From: Octopus sinensis
Lineage: Eukaryota
Length of the DNA stretch: 14,258 nt
Direction: 5' to 3'
Assembly (NCBI RefSeq): GCF_006345805.1
Contig: NW_021825879.1
Coordinates: forward strand, 1-14,258
Made by a program: the position numbers and the translations under genes. The first letter of the stretch is position 1. Each line of letters starts with the position of its first letter. This document shows, one piece after another, positions 1 to 6,579 of the stretch. Under the pieces are notes generated by a model. It saw nothing but the letters and a program-made list of their open reading frames with translations, made no database searches and was not told where the DNA came from.

Positions 1-100
1 ATATAATATATATATATATATATTAACAAATAAAACATATGCATATATATATATACATATATGTACTACCTACCTCTACATGTATATATACACGCATATA
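1..100. repeat. (TA)n / (TACA)-type microsatellite
   Basis: Alternating TA/CA dinucleotides read directly. Confidence 0.9.
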
Positions 101-101
101 T

Positions 102-428
102 GAGTACATGACACAAAAAAAAACGTCGAACACAATGAGAAACGAAAACATAGACACAAACCCAAGGAACTGAGCATTTTTCTTAAACAACAAAAAAATT
201 GAGTACAGGGCAAATAACACAAGGAAAAAAACCCTTCTTTAGTCGCCATGGTTTCATCTACTCTACGTTTCGAAGGTGAAGGCGAGACGTATCTTCGATA
301 GAAACTTTCCTTCCTGCGAAAAGCAAATCAAATAAAATTTGAGATCTTTTTGCAGAGGGGTAAAAGTGGTAACAAAAACAGGACAGTAACGACAGTACAA
401 AATATAAGCAGTAAAAGACAGGACAAGT
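102..428 (-). mobile_element. Fragment of an interspersed octopus repeat, possibly a Penelope-like terminal region
   Basis: Non-microsatellite block bounded by TA/TG repeats on both sides. The sequence (gacacaaaaaaa..cgtcgaacacaatgagaaacgaaaacatagacacaaa) resembles a repeat I recall recurring in Octopus assemblies. The family assignment is unverified. Confidence 0.4.
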
Positions 429-489
429 GTATATATATGTGTGTATGTATGCATATATACATATATATGTGTGTATGTATATATGAATG

Positions 490-524
<35 letters not shown>

Positions 525-547
525 TTTTTTTCTTTTTTTTTCTTTTT

Positions 548-1017
548 AGTTGTTTCAGTCATTTGACTGCGGCCATGCTGGAGTATTACGTTAGTCGAAT
601 AAATCGACCCCAGGACTTATTCTTTGCAAACCTACTTATTCTTTGTAAGCCTAGTACATATTCGATCAGTCTCTTGTGTCGAACCGCTAAGTTACGAGGA
701 CGTAAACTCACCAGCATCGGTTGTCAAGCGATGGTGGGAGTATAAACACAGACACACACACAAACATATATACATATATATATATATTCAGTTGGTAGAC
801 GGAAACTGAAAGAAGCCCGTCATAATTTACACATATATATTTATACTTATATATATGTTGTGACGGGCCTCCTTCAGCTTCCGTCTACCAAATCCACTCA
901 CAAGGCTTTGGTCGGCCCGAGGCTATACTAGAAGACACTTGCTCAAGGGGACACGCAGTGGGACTGAACCCAGAACCATGTGGTTGGTAAGCACGCTACT
1001 TACCACACAGCCACTCC
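548..1017 (-). mobile_element. tRNA-derived octopus SINE (near full length, with internal microsatellite)
   Basis: The minus strand starts ggagtggctgtgtggtaag, with Pol III A box TGGCTGTGTGG (1003-1013) and B box GGGTTCAGTCC (961-971). It continues through a body, an internal (TA/TG)n, and a tail ending cagcatggccgcagtcaaatgactgaaacaac. Homologous halves recur at 5561-5716 and 7341-7515. Confidence 0.9.
792..891. repeat. 31-bp inverted duplication inside the SINE
   Basis: 792-822 (ttggtagacggaaactgaaagaagcccgtca) is the reverse complement of 861-891, with 3 mismatches at 869, 872 and 878. The spacer also pairs (831-839 with 850-858). Confidence 0.92.
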
Positions 1018-1056
1018 AACAAAAGAGATGGCGTGTTCCACGAAGGAAATAATATA

Positions 1057-1776
1057 AGGAAATGTGTTGTTGAAGATGCACCTAAATTTACATAAATACC
1101 AAACTAGTTTCAACCATATTTTGTCTTTACCAATTATAAAGTCTTAAAATTATGAATTACAAAAACATCTTACTTACAAAAAGTGTCAATATTCACAAAT
1201 TAAAATGTGTCAATATTGACAAATTATCCAAAACAAGTAAATTTATCATTATGAATTCGGAGGACAGGTGTAAATTTGAATTTACAATAATAATGTATAT
1301 CAATTATCAATAATAATGTATATCAATTTGTTTAGAATGTACAAAGTTCATTAATGTCAGCGGTGATCGACAAGTCATAATGAGTTAAAAGTGGAGGGAA
1401 AAAACGGAAGGAAGAAATGAAAATAGTAGAAAAAGGAATTTAGTTTACAGCTTCTCTGATCCTCTTTCCGCAGACGCTTTCGCTTGCAATGGTATATTTT
1501 GGAATCAGAGTTTTTTACAAATTTTTTCAGCGATTTTTGATCCATTCAAACTCACACCTGTCCTCCTGATTCATAATGCTGAATTTACCTGTTTTGAACA
1601 TGTTAATTTGTCAACAGGGAAACTTTTAAAGATGTTTTTCTCATTCATAACTTGAACATTTACATTGATAAAGAAAAAAATATTGTTGAAACTAGTTTGG
1701 TATATATGTAAATAAATGTATTTTAAACATTTACGAGCTTTTGAAATTTAGGTGCATTTTCAACTACACATTTCCC
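1057..1776. mobile_element. Non-autonomous DNA transposon with ~225-bp imperfect TIRs and TA target site (Tc1/mariner-type MITE)
   Basis: 1057-1281 is the imperfect reverse complement of 1544-1776 (e.g. accaaactagtttcaac / gttgaaactagtttggt; ggaggacaggtgt / acacctgtcctcc; ggaaatgtg..tgcacctaaattt / aaatttaggtgca..cacatttcc). TA flanks both ends (1055-1056, 1777-1778). The right arm has 34 extra bp (1710-1743). Confidence 0.8.
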
Positions 1777-1815
1777 TATATATATATATAATATATATAT
1801 ATAAATATATATATA

Positions 1816-1890
<75 letters not shown>
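1777..1890. repeat. Long (TA)n microsatellite
   Basis: Nearly pure TA run. Confidence 0.97.
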
Positions 1891-1893
<3 letters not shown>

Positions 1894-2171
1894 CAGCGTG
1901 GAACGTGTTTGTAAGCCATTTAAGAAACACAAAAAGCCGTTCGATTCACTTCAACATTTAAGTTTAATTTGTCAAAATATTTTCGTCGCTAAAATCCGTG
2001 ACCTGTTTCACTGACAAAAATCCGTACTGCATCTCTATTGATTTTTGTCAGTGAACAGATCGCGGATTTTAGCGACGAAAATATTTTGACAAATTAAACT
2101 TAAATGTTGAAGTGAATCGAACGGCTTTTGTGTGTTTCTTAAATGGCTTACAAACGCCTTCCACGCTGCAA
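1891..2171. mobile_element. Palindromic fold-back element / MITE (~132-bp arms, 17-nt loop)
   Basis: 1891-2022 pairs with 2040-2171, with about four substitutions and two 1-bp indels. Loop is 2023-2039. The 60 bp that follow (2172-2232) may belong to the same family. No clear TSD. Confidence 0.85.
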
Positions 2172-2257
2172 TTGTTTTCGTTCAAGCACACCATCTCAGA
2201 TCAAATCACTTGCTATGCGAGTACATCTCCGGATATATATATATATATATATATATA

Positions 2258-2533
2258 AGTGGAGGTATGTTGTCAACATAATGTGGCAGTCCCATGGAAG
2301 GGAAGAATACTACTGCTATTTAGCCCTAGGATGCATCGCTTCCTGTCGGCCTTGATACATTTTCTGTGTCCTTATGCTGGCATTGCTGGGTGCAGGTGCT
2401 TATCTCCACCCTTGTAAGCATAAGAATTCTGAAAATGTGTCAAGGCCGACATGAAGCGGTGCTTCCTAGGGCTAAATAGCTGTATATTTCTTCCTTTTCA
2501 TGGGAATGTCACTTTAAGTCGACAACCACCACT
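2258..2533. mobile_element. Fold-back MITE with ~120-bp TIRs
   Basis: 2258-2378 pairs imperfectly with 2417-2533 (core gctatttagccctagga / tcctagggctaaatagc). The spacer holds a further hairpin (2388-2395 / 2404-2411). It abuts (TA)n on the left. Confidence 0.85.
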
Positions 2534-2585
2534 TTATCGTGTGACTACTGTATAAATCTCTCAGAGATTTAGAAATTTATTATTT

Positions 2586-2820
2586 CTAATATATAGATAT
2601 GTGTGTTGTATGTGTATGTATATATAAATATTTACATACGTATATACATATGGATCTATATCTATATATATGTACATATATGCGCATATAAGTATGTATA
2701 TATATGCATATGTATATATGTATATTTATATATGATTATTATGTAAATAATATATATATATATATATCAATGAGTGTATGTATATATACTATGTGTATAG
2801 TATATAGATTGTGCAAATGT
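2586..2820. repeat. Compound (TA)/(TG) microsatellite
   Basis: Alternating dinucleotide low-complexity tract. Confidence 0.85.
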
Positions 2821-3054
2821 AGGTATTAAGTAACTATCACATTAATTTTATGATATTTAATTCATTCAAATTATTAACACATTAAATTAATTAACCTCAA
2901 TTTTGATATTTTCAGCGTCATTAATTAGAATAATACATTTATTCTATGATAATAATTTTGTCGTAACTATTAATTTTTTGTGTTTTGATAAAACTAAATG
3001 AAAATTTATTTGTTTTGTTTTGTAACGACTGTATAATTACCTTTGAACTACCCT

Positions 3055-3175
3055 GTATATATATATGCATGTATATATATTATATACATTTGCTATGTAT
3101 ATGTGTATGTATGTGTGTTTCTGTGTGTGCATGTGTGTGTGTGTGTTTTGTGTGTGTGTGTGTGTGTATGTGTTT
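3055..3175. repeat. (TA)n-(TG)n microsatellite
   Basis: Read directly. Confidence 0.9.
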
Positions 3176-3199
3176 GTGCTTATTTTACAATTCAGCCAT

Positions 3200-3362
3200 A
3201 TAACCACAGACTTACTATTCCTAGACTCTTTTCTTTCTCCCCGGACCTTCTTGGTCTCCTCTTTCTGACGAAGAACCAGGCTCGAAACGTCGATAAACCC
3301 TCTTTTTTCCCATCATAGACTGAGCGACTTTTTCTGCTTTTGCTTCTACTTATGAGTTCTAT
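3200..3362 (+). mobile_element. Penelope-like element terminal-repeat fragment
   Basis: Pyrimidine-rich block between microsatellites carrying ctgacgaag..ctcgaaacgtc, the minimal hammerhead signature of Penelope-like elements. Confidence 0.6.
3255..3300 (+). ncRNA. Minimal type I hammerhead ribozyme, degenerate
   Basis: CUGACGA 3265-3271, extra A, stem II GAAC/GCUC (one A-C mismatch, loop CAG), GAAA 3284-3287, palindromic stem III ACGU, C17 at 3291. Stem I has only 2 bp. Confidence 0.6.
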
Positions 3363-3554
3363 TTGCCTATAAGCACGTGTGTGTATATCTGTGTATGTGT
3401 TTGTGCTGTGTGTCTATGCATGTGTACTAACACGCATGCATACATATATACATATATATGTATATATATGTAAAATATAGGGTAGCTAGTTCTTTTAGAA
3501 ATTTCACAATGTATAAAAAGTCAATAGACAATATTTTGTCAATATAAAATAGTG

Positions 3555-3941
3555 GATGGAAGCACTCCGTCGGTTACGACGACGAGGGTTCCGATTGATC
3601 CGAATCAACGGAACAGCCTGCTCGTGAAATTAACGTGTAAGTGGCTGAGCACTCCACAGACACGTGTACCCTTAACGTAGTTCTCGGGGATATTCAGCGT
3701 GACACAGAGAGTGACAAGGCCGGCCCTTTGAAATACAGGTACAACAGAAACAGGAAGTATGAGTGAGAGAAAGTTGTGGTGAAAGAGTACAGCACGGATC
3801 ACCACCATCCCCTGCCGGAGCCTCGTGGAGCTTTAGGTGTTTTCGCTCAATAAACACTCACAACGCCCGGTCTGGGAATCGAAACCGCGATCCTATGACC
3901 GCGAGTCCGCTGCCCTAACCACTGGGCCATTGCGCCTCCAC
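3555..3941 (-). mobile_element. Full-length tRNA-derived SINE (second family) with 11-bp TSD
   Basis: The minus strand starts gtggaggcgcaatggcccagtggttagg, with A box TGGCCCAGTGG (3919-3929) and B box GGTTTCGATTCC (3875-3886). TSD ataaaatagtg is at 3544-3554 and 3942-3952. Confidence 0.93.
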
Positions 3942-4072
3942 ATAAAATAGTGTACAGTTAAACACAAAGTGTACAGTTAAACAGTTTTACGCGCGAGAAG
4001 AAGCATTCAAAACGACCAAAACCTCATTTCAGAGCAATTTTTAAAAGGAATGAAAAATACAAATTTTTACCT

Positions 4073-4167
4073 TGTTATTTTATTCTTGTCAAAACTAGGT
4101 TTCAAATTTCTTTAGCAAATAAAATAATTTGCTTGGCGGAATCCTCATCAGTGACCGCGCCATAACA
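4073..4167 (-). ncRNA. Extended type I hammerhead ribozyme (minus strand), partly decayed
   Basis: Read on the minus strand: stem I GUCA (4155-4152)/UGAC (4091-4088); CUGAUGA 4151-4145; stem II GGAUU/AAUUU, internal loop, then AGCAAAU/AUUUGCU with loop UAUUUU; GAAA 4103-4100; stem III ACCUAGUU (one change from palindrome ACCUAGGU); U17 at 4092; distal stem I UGUUAU/AUAACA. Confidence 0.7.
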
Positions 4168-4487
4168 CTAACATATAATTAAAAGACAAATAACACGCGT
4201 CTCATCGTTATACATTATAATTTTTCAAACTAAACGTGCAAGCGAAGATTCAGTTAGCAGAAAAGGAATAAACACCGAACTAATCTTCTAAAAATTGCTA
4301 AAAACATATACATAAAATATAGGATAGTGAGCTTTTTTAGAAATGTCACTACCAGTGGCCTAGCATTTATAAAAAGTCAATAGACAACATATTCTCAAAA
4401 TAAAATAGTGGAACTGCCTTCAACAGGCAGTTTTACACGCTAGAAGAAGTAGTTAAAATGACCAAAACCACATTTAAGAGGAATATG

Positions 4488-4488
4488 C

Positions 4489-4538
<50 letters not shown>
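4488..4538. repeat. (TA)n microsatellite
   Basis: Read directly. Confidence 0.95.
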
Positions 4539-5560
4539 AGAAAAAACCTACACTGAACAGGTGAATAATCTATAGTTCCTCCAACCGGATTACAAATTTT
4601 GGTCTATAGCTGTTATTACTGGGACATGTAACGCGCTGCCTAATTACCAATCTTGAGAAATTTATCTTCTCAAAAAGTGAACGGAGAAAGTTGATTAGAA
4701 GACTATAGATTCAAGCCATCGCTAGAAGAGCAAAAATTTGTAAGACTTGTAAGTTTACCATTTGTATAGATATGCGCCTGTCTAGACGTAGAAATACATG
4801 CATGAGGATAGAAACATAAAACAAACATACAACTCTGCACATGCAGGGACTCTGAATATTGCACATATACAAACTCACATGCAAAAATACTCTGTTGGTC
4901 ATGCTAAAATTCCAATGAAAAAGCCTTCGATCTTAGAAAGGGCCTCTTTCTCTATGGGCAAGTAATCTTGAAATAAAACTGAACAATGGCATACATGCAC
5001 ACACACACACATACACACACACACACACACATACAGCGCGAATGAATAGGGGTGGGATAGATGTGCAAATTATTGAGCACGCCAGTGATAGTGTTATTGA
5101 TTAAGTGATGTAGTGATTGAAAGAATGTTTAGGTTTACTGTAGGAGTTCATTTGTAAAAGAACCAACCAATAACAATGTATATATGAGTGAGTGTATGTA
5201 TGAATACAATTGTAGTTATCCGTATTATAAAATGCCCAAGGCTACGTCGTGGGAGATCTTTGCCGTTAAGCCGGACTCTGACTGTAGACGAAGTAAGATT
5301 ACTTTCAAGAGAAATTGAAAATGGTTTGGTCTGTTGGGTAGTATTAGCAATTATAAAACACGTTAAAACAGATTTGTTCCTTTCGACTTGAGAAAAAAAG
5401 AAAACAAGGCCTCGCCTACACAAACTCTATATTCTTGGTTAGAAAAGCCTTTGGATATATCTCTGCTGAAGCAGAACATCAGCAGAATTATATTAGAGAG
5501 CGAAATTTCTTCTTTGTTATTACGATATTAGAGGAAAATACTTTTCAGATTAAAAAAAAA

Positions 5561-5716
5561 GAGGCTGTGTGGTCAGAAACTTGCCGCCGAACCACTTGGT
5601 TGCAGGTTCAGCCCCACTGCATGGCTCCTTGTGCAAGTGTCTTCTACTATAACCTCGAGCCGACCAGAATTCTTCTGAGTGGATTTGGAAGAAGGAAATT
5701 GAATGAAGTCCATCGT
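5561..5716 (+). mobile_element. 5' half of a degenerate SINE (same family as 548-1017)
   Basis: gaggctgtgtggt (A box), ggttcagcccc (B box), then caagtgtcttctactata..gagtggatttgg, collinear with the reverse complement of 861-1017. Ends in (TA)n. Confidence 0.85.
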
Positions 5717-5786
5717 GTATGTATATATATATATATATATATATGGCAGGGTCTGAAATGCCTCGTGAAAATATCTGTTCCGACTT

Positions 5787-5897
5787 GGCTATTTCTTGCT
5801 GAAGAATCTGAGGGCCTATGGAAGATTGGCTTGATTTAATTTAATCAGGTTAGTTTACCATTAAACAGCAGATGAAACGGTGCATCGTACAAGAAAT
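5787..5897 (+). ncRNA. Extended type I hammerhead ribozyme, intact core; predicted cleavage GUA/ after 5889
   Basis: Stem I AUUUCUUG (5791-5798)/CAAGAAAU (5890-5897), 8 bp perfect; CUGAAGA 5799-5805; stem II AUCUG (5806-5810)/CAGAU (5869-5873), a 7x7 internal loop and a hairpin 5818-5836/5843-5861; GAAA 5874-5877; near-palindromic stem III ACGGUGCAUCGU (5877-5888); A17 at 5889. Confidence 0.9.
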
Positions 5898-6275
5898 TAC
5901 AGGGTAAATGTTTTTTAAATTTTCTCCTGTTTACGGAATTAATCTTTATTTGCGGTTGAAGCTTTGGCTGTTATTTCTAGTGGGTGAATGGCCTATTATG
6001 GCCGTCCTTGATTGTTGATGTTGAACTTAAAAATGGTCTATGACTATTTAATTTTTTCCCACTAGGCCGCTGGTGGCAAAAAGAATTCTACAAAATTTTT
6101 TTTGCCACCCTATATTGATTAATTATGAATTTTCTGGTAATTCCGTAATGGAATCGACGGCTTATATTTATTTGCTGCCGATAAATTTGGCGCGAGTGCG
6201 ACGATTTGAAAATTTTAGGTCAGATATTACCTTGGCAGGGTCTGAAATGCCTCGTGAAAATATCTGTTCCGACTT

Positions 6276-6382
6276 GGCTATTTCTTGCTGAAGATCTGAG
6301 GGCCTATGGAAGATTGGCTTGATTTAATTTAATCAGGTAGTTTACCATTAACAGCAGATGAAACGGTGCATCGTAAAGAAAT
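6276..6382 (+). ncRNA. Second copy of the extended hammerhead, with junction deletions
   Basis: Same motif: CUGAAGA 6288-6294, GAAA 6360-6363, nominal A17 at 6375. It lacks one A at the core/stem II junction and the C just after the cleavage site. Confidence 0.75.
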
Positions 6383-6506
6383 TACAGGGTAAATGTTTTT
6401 TAAAATTTCTCCTGTTTACGGAATTAATCTTTATTTGCGGTTGAAGCTTTGGCTGTTATTTCTAGTGGGTGAATGGCCTATTATGGCCGTTCCTTGATTG
6501 TTGATG

Positions 6507-6548
<42 letters not shown>

Positions 6549-6579
6549 TATATACATACATACATATATAAAAAATTTA

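Larger units (their letters stand above)
3471..4484 (-). mobile_element. Retrozyme-like direct-repeat element B (~1.4 monomers of ~425-445 nt), interrupted by a SINE
   Basis: 3471-4038 (minus the SINE) and 4313-4484 are diverged direct repeats. Both start taaaatatagg and share an identical 20-mer tataaaaagtcaatagacaa (3512-3531, 4368-4387). The spacer carries a minus-strand hammerhead. Microsatellites bound both ends. Confidence 0.65.
5744..6510 (+). mobile_element. Retrozyme-like tandem element A (~1.57 monomers, period 489 nt), each repeat carrying a hammerhead
   Basis: 5744-6020 and 6233-6506 are near-identical direct repeats differing almost only by 1-bp indels. (TA)n flanks both sides. 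There is no TG...CA LTR end and no credible ORF. Confidence 0.85.

Noticed and set aside
250-310. Minus-strand ctatcga-ag...cttc-gaaa-cgta, hammerhead-like
   Set aside because: Two core mismatches, and no convincing stem I or stem II. At most a distant remnant.
1181-1328. Palindrome tgtcaatattgaca (1208-1221) and 21-bp tandem duplication (1285-1305/1308-1328)
   Set aside because: Local slippage features inside an AT-rich transposon. Too short and too few for a CRISPR-like or regulatory array.
1083-1716. Apparent TAAA TSD around 1087-1712
   Set aside because: The inverted repeat continues outward to 1057/1776. The apparent TSD is an artefact of the 34-bp deletion in the left arm.
2045-2095. 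Hairpin followed by GAAA and an AAATATTT palindrome in the fold-back element
   Set aside because: No CUGANGA adjacent to the hairpin, so it is not a hammerhead.
2553-2571. 9-bp inverted repeat taaatctct-c-agagattta
   Set aside because: Short and AT-rich, expected by chance, with no context.
5448-5488. Minus-strand CUGAUGU-UCUGC-UUCA-GCAGA-GAUA-UAUC, resembling a minimal hammerhead
   Set aside because: Both A9 and A14 are changed and stem I is weak. It could be a fossil but is not supportable from one copy.
5744-6510. Reading the direct repeats as LTRs of a TRIM, or as a CRISPR array
   Set aside because: No TG...CA ends, PBS, PPT or TSD. The repeats are ~277 bp in eukaryotic DNA with no cas genes. 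The tandem monomer with a ribozyme explains it better.
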